NCBI RefSeq assembly: GCF_006345805.1 | Contig: NC_043003.1 | Span: 53,320,001-53,384,000 of the forward strand | Direction of reading: 5' to 3' | DNA: 64,000 nucleotides | Origin: Octopus sinensis | Lineage: Eukaryota | Shown here: piece by piece, positions 12,891 to 25,720 of the stretch | Numbering within the stretch: position 1 is the first letter of the stretch | Layout of the letters: the number at the start of each line of letters is the position of its first letter | Translations under genes and position numbers: made by a program | Notes under the pieces: model-generated | Databases searched by the model: none | Told to the model about the DNA's origin: nothing | The model's input: the letters and a program-made list of their open reading frames with translations, nothing else

Positions 12891-13799
12891 ATCAATTTAA
12901 TGATGTTTTTCTCCTCGTAAAGTGTGTAATTTTAATTAAAATTTTTTGTCTACATTGAATATGAGAGAGAGAGTGAGAGAGACAGACAGACAGAGCAACT
13001 GCGCTTACATAAGACATAGGTGCAGACAAGTTTGCAAGGTGAAGGACAATGTGGTCTTGGGTTCAGACCCACTCATGGACCTTGTGAATGGAATTGGCAT
13101 GCGTAAATCTTTACATATGTATGTATGTAAATATATTTGTGTGTGTGTGTGTGTGTGTGTGTGTGAAGCCTGTCATACATGTGTGTGTGTATATATACAG
13201 AGAGAGAGAGGTGGGGTGAGGAATAAATATAATAAAATGATAATGGGATGTGGCAGCTGTTTTTAATGCCTGCTTTATAAAATTAACTTGTGATGATCTT
13301 GATTGGAATTAAGTGAGTATAAATGTATCACTGTGGAATAAATTAGTCACAAGGTAGAATACAAGATTAAAGTCTCGGGCATAACCCTCTGTTATAGTGA
13401 TGTTTCCTGATAGTAATAAATAAAGTGAGAGTAACGAAAGAGAGATAAAAGAAAGAAAAAATAATGAGAGGTGAGAGAAAAATAATGAAGAACAAAGGAG
13501 AAAGGGAAGGCAAGATACCACATGTTGGACAATAGTCAAAGAGAGGAGATAATTAATGTCAGTGCTGGCAATTTTTCCTTTTCTTCAAGGCATGACCCTG
13601 TTTATTTCTGATTTAAATAATAGAATAAAACAATTCAGCACCAGGGTGGTAAGTGTTCTGTATAGATAGGTTATGATAATGATGATGATATGGAGAAAAT
13701 AAGGAAAAGAAAGCATGTTAAGTCTACTTTTCCAGAGTAAGCTCGATAAATCCCAAAATCCCAAAATACACACGATTAAAGAAGAACACAATCTTTTCT

Positions 13800-14005
13800 A
13801 CTCTAGACACAAGGCTCAAAATTTTGGGGGAGGGGGCCATTCGATTAGACTAACCCCAGTAAACAACTGTTAATTTATCGACCGACCCCAAAAGGATGAA
13901 AGGCAAAGTCGACCACAGCAGAATTTGAACTCAGAATGTAAAGACAGACGAAATACTGCTAAGCATTTCACCTGGCATGCTAACATTTCTGCCAGCTTGC
14001 TGCCT
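13800..14005 (-). mobile_element. SINE family A copy
   Basis: GGATGAAAGGCAAAGTCGAC..GAATTTGAACTCAGAA. Confidence 0.75.
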
Positions 14006-15106
14006 TAAGAAGAACCCAGTAATAACAGATTTCTTGTGCATGTTTGAACCAAGGAGGTAAACAAACTAAATTATGCAAGTGCCAAATGCATCAAACATAA
14101 GTTAGTATTTAATTATAATGAATGTTTATTAGCTTTTCTTTACTTTTACGATGCCTGATAAATACAGATATGGTTTAATGTCTTTTAGTCTACGATGAAT
14201 AAATTGAATACAATTTGAATTCTTATTTTCCTTCTGTAAACTATTACAAAATTGTTTTTACAACTGCAAATTATAACATACGAGTTAACAACAAAAATAT
14301 ACATGCTGTCTATGTAGAGAAAACTTAGAGAAATGTTGAAATTCTAAATTAGCCAAATCAGCATCTCTAACTATATTCATTGAGATTATTGGACCACTGC
14401 CAAAACTGAGTCTTTTTTTTTTCCTTTTTTATTTTCTTTGGCTTAATAATGTTCTTTCAAGATTTACAAGGTAAAGTATTTTCTGTCTCTGACAAACAAA
14501 GCAGGGAGATGTTGATACCTTCTTTGAAAAGCCTCTTGAGAATACCAGAGCAGAGTGTACCATTATCAAATTGTTCAACAGTACTTTTTAACCATCAAGA
14601 GTTAGACATTTCTGTTTCTGTGCCAGCAGTTGTAGGAAATGTGTAGATGAGTGAACTGATAACCATGCACAGTGAACAGACAATATGCAAATGGTGTGAC
14701 ATTCTACTTTACATCAAAGTTGTTTTAGATTTTTAAAAATGCTTCGCTCTTTTGAGACACCCAAAATTGCAGAGTTTCAGCGTAAAACCTTGTCACACAT
14801 TTTCCAACATCACTGACATCTAGCTTGTAAAACATAAGTCTCATGGATGTCAGATATATTTGGAGTGTTATTAATAATCAGAAAATGTTGGTACTTTTGC
14901 AGCAAGAAAAATCTGTTTGAGTGCTGCACATGAAATACAATCATTCTTAATTAGTATGTGTGTATTGAGGTTGTGTGTGTGTACTCACATAAACACACAC
15001 CATTGCCAAAGCTGTTGGTGTGATCTGATGAAGGGAGTGTCCCACAGAGCAAGCTGTATATAAATATGTACATATTAAATATATATGTGTGCACATATAT
15101 ATGTAG

Positions 15107-15137
<31 letters not shown>

Positions 15138-15469
15138 CATATATATATGTATATACATATATATATATATATATGTGTATATACATATATGCCATACTAA
15201 TACAATTGTTTGTTTGTATTCCACCTGCCTTCGTCTTTTGTTTATTTCCGTAAACCTGCCTTCATCTTTTGTCTATTTTCATAAAGCTTCCCGTTATATA
15301 CATATATATATGTATATACATATATATATATACATATATATATATGTGTATACATATATGTGTATACATATATGCATATACATATATATATATACACACA
15401 TATTTGTATACATGGATATACAAACACATACGCATGCACATTATGTGAATATATATTTAAAACAAAAGA

Positions 15470-15680
15470 CGAAGACGAGTGTGTAAACAACAAACAGATG
15501 TATTAGTTTAATGATTGGGAAACGAGAAAGTCTTTTACGTTTCAAGCCTACGCTCTTCAACAGAAAGGAACACAGAAATAAACGGGGAGAGAAAATAGAA
15601 AAGGTTGAGTGGCTAGCGATCTATCATGGTGAATGCCGGACAGAGGGGTCACACAGGAGAGCTAGGAAAAATGGGGAGAT
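15470..15680 (-). mobile_element. Penelope-type terminal fragment with a minimal hammerhead motif (15531-15567)
   Basis: Minus strand reads CTTT-CTGTTGA-AGAGCGTAGGCTT-GAAACGTA-AAAG. A related inverted piece lies at 15191-15295 within TA-rich microsatellite. Confidence 0.65.
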
Positions 15681-17381
15681 GTCAATTTAGGTTAAACTTC
15701 ATCAGTTGTAGTACTGTTCATCATGATATATCATAATAAATATACTAAGGAGTTTCTTTAGAGAGCTTTGGCTGCAATATTGAGCATATCAAATGACTGT
15801 GTAACAGATGTTTGAATCGCTTATATGATATTGATAGCTTCCATATAAGAAACAAGATTATTCCTAATAAACCAATTGAATACAAATGTTAGTTAAGCAA
15901 GAAAGTTTGACACTTAACAAATCTTTGTCAACACTTTTAGCTCTATAAAAACACTAAACACTAAATATTATATTCATTTATGTTATATTTCTAGTGATAC
16001 CATCTATTATGTTCCTCAAGGTCTTTGGTTATTTTTCAAAAGCCTTCCAGATCACTGCATGTTTATAGACCTCTGGTAATAGTGTAGTTGCCATGGAGTA
16101 TCACTGGCACACAGTGATAGAGACAGCTGCTGGATCTCTGCTGCCTTAAAGAAGACATTTATGGCAATGACTATACAAGATTCATATCCACATGTATTTA
16201 GTCATATTCATATGTACTTACTTTTTTGTATGAAATTATATCCCATGAGGGTCTTCTGGGGAGCTTTGGATCAATTCTCACTTCAAGCTGCCAAAATGAG
16301 TCTCGTGTGACCTAATTTCACAGCAAGTTTAAATACACATGGATATGACTCCATATGTTTATTTTTTCATAACCCACACTGTGTTAATATTGTAGTATTT
16401 ATCATAGCAGTGTTAACAGGGGCTTCACAGGATGTACACAAACACACACACACACTCACACACACACTAGACTAAGTTTCCACAATATCTTGAGCCACAC
16501 CTTCTTTAATAGCATTCTGCTATTGAAATAATATAGCTTTTTTATTTCATCTCTTAGCATTTCTTAGATATCTATATTATCAATCAAAGTAAACAAAATA
16601 TGATGAACAATCAAAGCAAAAATGATCAATAAATAATGGCTGCTCATTCATAAGTGAACAAGTTGATCATCATTCTAGATAGCAAGATTTTTATCTATAG
16701 TGCAGTGATTATAAGTAAGTAGAACACGACCAAATTATATCTGAACAGCACAAGCAGTCCAAAGGTTGAGCGATATGTAAAATGATACAATTAAATCAAT
16801 GACGCAAATTTTGAGAATATTCATTCAACTGACTGCAACTTTAGAGTTGGCAGCATTGAAATAAAGGTCATATTTAAAAGCAGTTCAATTTCTGACAACT
16901 GGCTGATGTAATACACTAAGTCAAACCAAACTGTTTGATGAAATATTTTATAATATGTAGTTAAGGAATTTAGTAACTTACAGAATTAAAGAAAATGAAT
17001 GATGGTTCCACTTAAAATAATTGTTTTGATTCATTGAAAAGAAATGATTTAGTTGTTATAACATTTTGATTAAACAGAGTTATTCTATGATATGGATCAG
17101 TTTACAAGTGTTGTAGTATGAACTTAGGCAGTGGTGTGGCAGAATTGTTAGAATATCTGACAAAGTAATTTGCAATATTTTATTTGAGCCTTTTACATTC
17201 TGAGTTCAAATCTCACTAAGGTCAACTTTGTTTTTCATTCTTTTATGGTTAATACAATAAATTACCAATCAAGTAGTGGTATTGAATTATATTTTTACAA
17301 ATGATTGAAACTAGAAAAGATTAAAAAAAACAACTAGGAAAGCTAATTTCATTTAGCTGATCAGGCTTATCATTGTTTTGT

Positions 17382-17616
17382 TTAACCCTTTCAACGAGGA
17401 ATTTTTTCTCAAGAATTTTTTCTCAAGTTGGTAATGGTGAGAGGGGATTGTACACATGCGAGCCTTTTGAGCTGTCATTATAGTGTAGTACACTCCAATC
17501 ATACATCTGGCACTACATACTTACCAGAAAAACTGGAACGGTACTATACTGCATCACATAGAATGGGAATTTTAAAGATTTGGGTTATAAAATTTTTGCC
17601 AGGTTGAAAGGGCTCA
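17382..17616. mobile_element. piggyBac-like MITE
   Basis: TTAACCCTTTCAAC at the left and GTTGAAAGGG at the right form terminal inverted repeats. Confidence 0.55.
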
Positions 17617-18149
17617 TATTTCATAATATCCATAATCTTTTACCAAAAAAGTAAAACTTGAAAAATTCAGGTTATGCCATTATACTATATTAAAAAAAAA
17701 AAATTTTAAGAGAATTTAAGCCTAACTTGAACTTCAAATCTTCAATTTTGAGAGGAGCAATGCTCACCTTGTTGTAGGCTCTGAAAGCAACCTAGTCCCC
17801 CTTTGTTTCTCATAGGCCCTGTCTGAATTTAATCTGTGCTAACATGGTGCTAAATAACAGCTATTACTTTCGACTCTAAATGTGGAACATGTCTGTCTAC
17901 TGCATAGGTTGTATCATTGACTCCATTATTGAGAATATAATATGTATAATGCCAGAGAATGTCATGTACTTGTTGCACAAAGATATATATTTCACCTGTG
18001 CTAAAGTGTACCATAGACATCCCATCCATCACTCATCATATTCCCATAAATTTGTCTACTGTATTATGAAGTACCAAAAACATACCAATGTCCATTTAGG
18101 GAGGTAATAGCTAAAAGTAATGCTGTGTCGATGACATTGAATATATTTT

Positions 18150-18620
18150 ATAACCATTGAAAGAAAGAGGACAGTGTGAGGTGGAGCAAGAGTAAAAGTA
18201 AGAGAGAAAAGAACAGTATGAGGCAGTGAAAAGTAGAGGTAGGAGGTCAGTAGAAAGAAAAACTGTAGGTGAAGTAGAATTAACCGTCTTTAAGATGAGG
18301 TGGGGGAAAGTGTATAAATCAACACGAAGAAAGGAGTGTTCGGTGATATAATGAAAGTGAATGCTAAGAAGGGTGAGAGTTGTAATATAAGGGTAATGAG
18401 AGAAGGAATTGTCTGAAGTAACAGTAAGGGAATTTATGCTGTGACAGACAAGATTGCATAGTAAAAACAGAAGAAATGTGCCGCAACAGGCAGCTACAGG
18501 ATGGCTATTTTGAGATAATGAATGAAAGGTGAGGATGTGCAGCAATGACTGAGATGGAGAAGGGAAGGGTAAAGTAAAAGATCTAAAGAGAGGTGATGAA
18601 AAAATATCAGAGAAATACAT
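18150..18620 (-). mobile_element. CR1/Jockey-like LINE 3' remnant
   Basis: Pyrimidine-rich minus strand with residual HSF..NS..P.VF-like ORF2 C-terminal sequence. Heavily decayed. Confidence 0.4.
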
Positions 18621-19406
18621 AATAGAAATAATAAAAAAAATATTCACTAGAAACTATTAAGATCTTGTGAAATTTGATCTTACAGAAACTGAAGGTAGGT
18701 CTGGCATGAAACTATTGTTTAGAGACACCCAACATTCCCTTCAACAGAAAACTTTTGATAGGTTAGCTATAACATTGGTAACACGCCAACAGTGCCTGTA
18801 TGTGGGTGTACTACTTGCTAGAACTAGTAATCAAATTTCCCTCAACACACACATGACCATCATCTTAAAAAGAAGTTAGAAGGATGCATTACAAAATAAA
18901 GTTCTTGATACTTTCACTTAACAGTTTGGCAAAAGAAACTGATAAAATAAATCCCAGGCTTGAAAATGATAAGTACTGGAATCAATTTGACTAAAATTCT
19001 TCAATGACTCAAACAACTAAAGGATTAAAGGGTACCTCTAAAAGGACCAAATGGTCACAAACAATGATTCTCCTCATAAGTCTGCTAGATCATAGCCAGG
19101 GGTTAAACAACACCAGCAACTGTACAGGTGTTAGAATATAATACATAGATCATGAAAAGGCTAACACACACACACACTTCACTGGTAACAGCCTGTGGGA
19201 GGTTTACTTTTTTTAATTTGTTTCTTTTTTTGTTATTGCCTTTTGTTTTTAATTGTCAGAGCATATATTGCCATCTCTAGCAATTTCTTGGAGAGTAATT
19301 TTTGTTATTGGACTACATACATACACACACATACACACAGATAAACACTAGTATATACAAATAGATTATATATGTGTGTGTGTGTGTGCGTGCGTGCGTA
19401 TGTATG

Positions 19407-19447
<41 letters not shown>

Positions 19448-19459
19448 TATATATTCATT

Positions 19460-19776
19460 TCTTTTACTTGTTCAGTTATTTGACTGCGGCCATGCTGGAG
19501 CACTGCCTATAGTCGAATCAAATCAACCCCGTCTCTTTTGCCGAACCACTAAATTACAGGGACCAAAACACACCAGCATCAGTTGTCAAGCGATGTTGGG
19601 GGGACAAACACAGATACACAACATATACACACATGCATATATACGATGGGCTTCTTTCAGTTTCCATCTACCAAATCCAATCACAAGGCTTTGGTCAGCC
19701 CGAGGCTATAGTAGAAGAATGAACCTGGAACCATGTGGTTGGTAAACAAGCTACTTACCACACAGCCACTCCTGTG

Positions 19777-19778
<2 letters not shown>
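19460..19778 (-). mobile_element. SINE family B copy (internally deleted)
   Basis: Head GAGTGGCTGTGTGGTAAGTAGCTTG and tail CAGCATGGCCGCAGTCAAAT. Confidence 0.8.
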
Positions 19779-19817
<39 letters not shown>

Positions 19818-19819
19818 CA

Positions 19820-20148
19820 TCATCATCATCATCATCATATAACGTCTGTTGTCCATGCTGGCATGGGTTGGACGGTTTGACCAGCGCTGGTAAGCTGAGG
19901 GGTTGCACCAAACTTTAGTCTGATTTGGCATAGTTTCTACAGCTGGATGCCCTTCCTAACATTAACCACTCTAAGAGCATAATAGGTGCTTTTATGTGCC
20001 ACTAGCAAGGATGCCAGTTTGCATGATACCCGTATCTGCCACAACTATGATTTCATTTGGCTTGATGGGCCTTCTTGTCAAGCATAGCATATTGCCAAAG
20101 ATCTTGGTCATTTGTCATTGCCTCTGTGAGGACCAATGCTCAAAAGGT

Positions 20149-20150
<2 letters not shown>
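19820..20150 (-). mobile_element. SINE family C copy with (GAT)n tail
   Basis: GTTAGGAAGGGCATCCAGC motif and CATCAT tail. Confidence 0.7.
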
Positions 20151-20187
<37 letters not shown>

Positions 20188-20191
<4 letters not shown>

Positions 20192-20460
20192 CAAAATGGG
20201 ACAAGAATGCAAAACATCCAAACAGTTAGGTGATACAAAAATGGGACAACAAAACATTCAGATAGATGATACAAAGAAAACAAGGACGAGTCATTCGAAG
20301 TTTTCTTTCTTCAGTCAAGTATCAGACTACCTTCGCAATTTCAGTTGATTATACTTGAGATTGCTCCAATCTGTCCAGCCCCAAGGAAAAACTAAGCTAA
20401 GAGCATTAGATTCCTTGGAAGAAAGCAGTGAATGTATACAAAAACAAGGATGGAAAAAAT
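20188..20460. repeat. TA-microsatellite-associated dispersed repeat; second copy at 63188-63460
   Basis: About 270 bp closely similar between the two copies, both starting at the end of a (TA)n run. Confidence 0.8.
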
Positions 20461-20591
20461 TTAATAAGAAGATATGTTAACTTCATGAAGGAATGGTTTT
20501 ATCCAAGGAAATACTAGTTCAATACCTAGTACTTTGGAGCAATTAATTTTCTTAAAATAACAGGTATATATAAAGCATGTAGTTTATATCC

Positions 20592-20964
20592 ATTTAAGAG
20601 AAGAAAAGAAAATGGAGATTAGGAAGTCAATAATTGTTTATTATTAACAATAAATTGGTCGTCCTCACTTCTTACAAGCATTTCATTTAATACTCAGTAA
20701 TTTAATTTTATTAAAATTTGTACATTAAATTTACATTTATGTGACATGAGTATAACTTCATCAGTGGAAAAAAGATATAACTTTGGATGGTGAAATTATA
20801 CTTGTGTCACATAAATGTAAATTTAATGTACAAATTTGTAATTAAATTAATTGAATTATTGAGAATTAATTGAAACAGCTGTAACAAGTGAAGATGATGA
20901 ATTTATTGTTAATTATAAACAATTATTAACTTCCTTATCCCCATTTTCTTTTCTCCTTTTAAAT
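20592..20964. repeat. AT-rich foldback with ~170 bp arms and split hammerhead-like motifs
   Basis: Arms 20592-20763 and 20787-20964. CTGATGA on the minus strand at 20764-20758; GAAACAGCTGTA on the plus strand at 20872-20883. Confidence 0.75.
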
Positions 20965-21019
20965 ATACATATATATCATTCAATACTAATAATCAACTTC
21001 TAATTGTTACATGTTGCTT

Positions 21020-21488
21020 AATGACTGGCATTCGTGCTAGTGGAGTGCTAGGAGTGCCATCTGAGCATGATTGTTGCCAGAGCAGCTAACTAGCTTCCAT
21101 GCTGGTGGCACGTAAAAGGCACCATTCGAGCGTGATTGTTACCAGTGTTGCTTTACTGGCACTTGTGCCGGTGGTATGTGAAAAATCATTCGAGCGAAGT
21201 CATTGCCAGTGCCACTGGACTGGCTTCTGTGCAGGTGGCACGTAAAAAGCACCACTAGAGAGTGGCTGTTGCCAGTGCCGCCTGACTGGCCCTCGTGCTG
21301 GTGGCATGTAAAAGCACCCACTACACTCTCAGAAAGGTTGGCATTAGGAAGGGCATCCAACTGTAGAAACTTTGCCAGATCAAGATTGGAACCTGGTGCA
21401 GCTATCTGGTTCGCCAGTCCTCAGTCAGATTGTCCAACCCATACTTGCATGGAAAGCCGACGTCAAACGATGATGATGATGATGATGT
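21020..21488 (+). mobile_element. SINE family C with internal ~65 bp tandem units
   Basis: Repeated GGTGGCACGTAAAAAGCACC units, then TTAGGAAGGGCATCCA and a (GAT)n tail. Related copies at 37040-37260, 37660-37930 and 43770-43960. Confidence 0.75.
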
Positions 21489-22074
21489 TGCTCTATTTCT
21501 TCTCTTATCTCATCTGAATATATTAAACCACAGTTTGCCCTTAAATTACCAACTACTGTTAAGCTTACAGCAAGGCCTATACATAGTTAGGTAATGCACC
21601 AGCAGTACCTATGGATAAATTTATCCCTTAGACGGTTGCATAACCTCTAACTCATAATTTATATATATATATATACATAACAATTTAGCTAGGTGTAAAA
21701 TACACCTAAAAGATATCAAATATCCGAAGAATTTACTGGTTTATATTACATATATCAATAATAATGTTATTCCAACTGGTAAATAAAAAATAAACATACA
21801 GTTTATTAATATATAGATTTAAATCAGAAATGGAAAACGAAACAATAAATTGAACAATTATAAATTCAATTCAATTTAAATATTTTATACAAACAAATGA
21901 TACATCTCATCTATATCATTAATAAAATGAAGTTTTTCAAGAATAATCAGATCTGTTTAAATATGTAATCATGCTTCATCAGATAGACAAATCTGCTTAA
22001 ATATTTGACAAAAAATATCAAACTAAAATATTTGTAATTCCTAAATCTTTATGAAAACGCTATATAAGAGTGAG

Positions 22075-22380
22075 TTTACATTATTTACATTTGACAGATA
22101 TTTGTCCTCATTTTGTTTGTTGTTAACACAATGTTTCGGCTGATATACCCTCCAGCCTTCTTCAGGTGTCTTGGGGAAATTTCGAACCTGGGTTCTCATT
22201 CCTAAGGTATTTTTTGATATTATTATAATTATTGTTATTCTTCAGGTCCCTGCTTGGAAACGAACTCTGAATCTTGGGATTAGTAGCCTGCACTCTTAAC
22301 CACTACACCATATGCCTGTGGGCATATGGCATAGTGGTTAATAATGTAAACAATGTACATAATTCCTCAAATCTTAAATA
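22075..22380 (-). mobile_element. tRNA-headed element carrying a minimal type I hammerhead (22125-22170), with a 5' inversion
   Basis: Minus strand: GGCATATGGTGTAGTGGTTAAGAGTGCAGGCTACTAATCCCAAGATTCAGAGTTCG (A/B boxes), then GACAC-CTGAAGA-AGGCTG GAGGGTATAT CAGCC-GAAAC-ATT-GTGTT. Confidence 0.75.
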
Positions 22381-22900
22381 TGAAGCAGAGTAAGCTTAAT
22401 CATAAATAAGTAAATTATCTAACTGAAATTTTGTAAATTCATAAATTTAAATCTATAACTATTCCGTTCTATAACCGATTTATTTGCACAATACACATAC
22501 TCATGCATACACATATTTATATATACTTATATATAACACATACACCTATTGTTTGTTTGTATAGAATATTTGAATTGAATTTATAATTGTTCAATTTATT
22601 GTTTTGTTTTCCATTTCTGATTTATATATAGATATATCTTTTATCTTTTACTGGTTTCAGCCCAGGGCTGAGGTCATGCTGGTACAAATTACTTATAAGG
22701 ATTCCTTAAGAATCAATGCACTGCAACATACAAGATGCCAGAAAATGGCTAGGTACAAAAGACACAGAGCTCCTTGTACAATAAAACAATATTGTAGGCT
22801 TCAAGTGGTTGCAGAATTCCATATATGTGCAAGTACCAAATCCAATTTGTAACCATCAATCCGACTCACTGGTGGATTCTCAGTGTGGCATAGATATAAA

Positions 22901-23119
22901 ATAGTAAATTTAAAATTTATGCCAGCTGTTTGGGTAGAATTTTATTTAATGTAGTCATAAAAGATTACATCATAATATACAATCCACCATCATCAGATAA
23001 AATCTTACCTGTTTAAAAGTTTACCTGATGATGGTGGTTTGTATATTAGGATGTAATCTTTTACAGCTAAATTAAATAAAATTCTACCCAAACAGCTGTC
23101 ATAAATTTCAAAAACTATT
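22901..23119. repeat. Foldback with ~100 bp arms, each with CTGATGA...AAACAGCTG(T/G)C
   Basis: Arms 22901-23001 and 23019-23119 are reverse complements with scattered mismatches. Confidence 0.75.
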
Positions 23120-25568
23120 CTTGTTTACTACTTGACATGCATGTATACACACATACAAGTTAATTAGCATGTCATTGAATTGGCTCCAGAAGAAGATCCA
23201 TCGCAGGAATTTCAGTTAACTCAGGGCACATAAGACCCTTCAGCTCTATAGTTGCTCATCTAAGAGAAAGCAATTCCATACAAATTCTGCATCCTGATGA
23301 CTACTGAATGCATGGCACTTTTTGCACCAGACCAATACTAGTTTGAAGAATGAGAGAGTGGGACTGGTCCTGCACAAACTGTACCCACTATAATATTTAT
23401 TGTGCAGGTTGTTCAGCAAACCAAGATGCCAGCATCTCACTTCCTTCACTTATCTAGTGACAACAGGGAAGAGGTAACAGGAACAGGTAGAGGATTCTAG
23501 TGGATGTCTTCAGTTATCATCCTGTACACAGACAAGCACAAGGTGATGGTCATTTTCCACAGTCCTACACTGTCCAATTGTGTCTTGCTGAACCCTCAAT
23601 TGTCAAAGCAACAAGAGAGTATTTCATGTTTTGCGGCAATACAATTTACCAGAAGTTTTCAACTCAGTATCCAGTTTCACAGTCCACTCCTATATTCTTG
23701 CTGTATTATAACCATATTCTCCAGAAAAGAACAGACTAGATAATGAAAATAATTTAGCATGTACATTTGAAGTAGTTATGTAAAATGACCATTATGTAAC
23801 ACTCTTATCAGTCAACATTTCAAAATATAAAGTTGTATAAAAATTTGCCATATAAATAGCAGCCCTCTGGACAGTGTAACAAAATCTGCTAAAAAGCAAA
23901 GAAGAGGGGATAAAAGAGAGAAAAAAGATAAGGAAAGAAAGAGGAAGGGAGAGAAAAAGGTTTTCCATTAAGGTATAACTTTAAACATACTAAGATGAGT
24001 AGAATAACAAGGCATGTTAACAGAGAATTAAAAATAATTTAAAGTAAATATAGATAAGAACTACAAAATATAAGATTAAATAAAATAAAATAATGTAATA
24101 TAAGATCAGATGAGGCAAAGGATAGAGATAAAAAGTATACTGTGGAATGATGTGAAATGAGATTTTGAAAGATATAATTTAGAAAATATTTATTTAGGAT
24201 ATAATATAGTGAAATCCACATTAATGTGTAAGCAACAAAGTTAAGAAGTAACTATTCAATGTATAAGTCTGAGAGAGTCTGATGAGGGAAAAAAAAGTAT
24301 TTTATACTAGGAATATTTAGTGTGAAAGATGTCTATGTGAGCAGTTGTACTTGGTAGAGGTAACCTAAATATGTTGAATTCACTGGCTCAAGAATGAAAC
24401 TTGCTTAGGAAGTTCAAACTCAGGTTCAAAATATTTTACAAAAAAGGTTTTGTTACTAAAAAAATTTTTTTTTGTTCTTTGTTTTTTGAGAAAAACCTAA
24501 CTTCAAGCTACCTTTTACAGATCAATCTTTACACAATGTTTTCTAAATCTGAGAAAGAAGGGGTGCAAATTTTGATTTTGCAACCTAAGAAGTTTTAGAC
24601 TGTGTACATGCACCTCCTGTTCTTGGGCCAATAGTTGTCAGAAACAAAGTAATTTGATCTTTAATCATGTTAATGTTTTGGGTTAGATGTCCAATGGATT
24701 AAATGTTGTGTAGGAGATGCTGTGAGTCTGAGAAAAACAATAGCCAGAAAAGCTTCTCAAAACATCAAATATACATTAAAGGACATAAATTTTAAAGTAT
24801 TAAATATAAAATATACAGGCATTAATAAGAGCATCTAGCCATAGAAACCATGCCAAAGCTGACACAGAGCACAATGCAGCCCAAGGCTTGCCACACCCTG
24901 CCATACCACCCAACCCATGTCTGCATGGAAAATAAATGTTAAATGGTGATGATGATGTCACCCTGACAATTCCATGCATGACAGTTCAGTGCTGACAATT
25001 AAGTGCACATGCCAATTAAATGCAAGGACAATTCAGCACATCTATTCCATTTCAAAGTTTTCTATCTAAATGATAGCAAAATCTATTTAATAAAATGTGC
25101 TCGTGCTCTTTCTCTGATAAAATCCACTCCATAGGGCTTGTTTTTTTTATTTTTAAATTAGTAAGATGTTTGAAACCAACTGGAATCCTAAAAAGGAAAA
25201 AAAATACCATCCTAGGTTTCCAAGATAACAGTAATGAAATGGTATATTTGTATAAATAGAAAAAGGGTTATGGAGGCTATCTAAAACATTACCACTTATT
25301 CATGAAGTTAAAAAGTTTTGAAAATTTCAAAATGAAATAAATCAAATTTCATATACACATAAATGCAATGCACTGAAGTGTCACATGTGGAATTGTCAGT
25401 GTTAAATTATCAGGCACAGAATTGTTAGTTCACTTTGATATATATGTTGTTGAGGTCATAAGAATTTCTTAACTTTCAACAGAACATGAAATAATTCTAT
25501 TTTTGGAATAGTGAGTCTCAAAGCAGATGATAAGTCTGATAAAGATGATAGTGTGTGTGTGTATGTAT

Positions 25569-25599
<31 letters not shown>

Positions 25600-25720
25600 A
25601 ATGGTTAAAAATCCCTTTGGACAGAAAAGTTTGAAAGCTTTGACTTTTTCTATCCACTTTCACACTACACACTATTATTTATAGTTTTATCTTCTGCTTC
25701 AAGATCCAAAAGATATATAT

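Noticed and set aside
14730-14925. Protein-like minus-strand frame (MRLMFYKLDVSDVGKCVTRFYAETLQFW)
   Set aside because: No convincing acceptor or recognisable homology; cannot be supported as an exon.
17517-17530. ATACTTACC as a U1 snRNA 5' end (also 42659 and 60762)
   Set aside because: No U1 body follows; it is just the complement of a splice-donor-like motif.
21020-21330. CRISPR-like repeat/spacer pattern
   Set aside because: The spacers are homologous to each other, the array is inside a dispersed SINE, the context is eukaryotic, and no cas genes are present.
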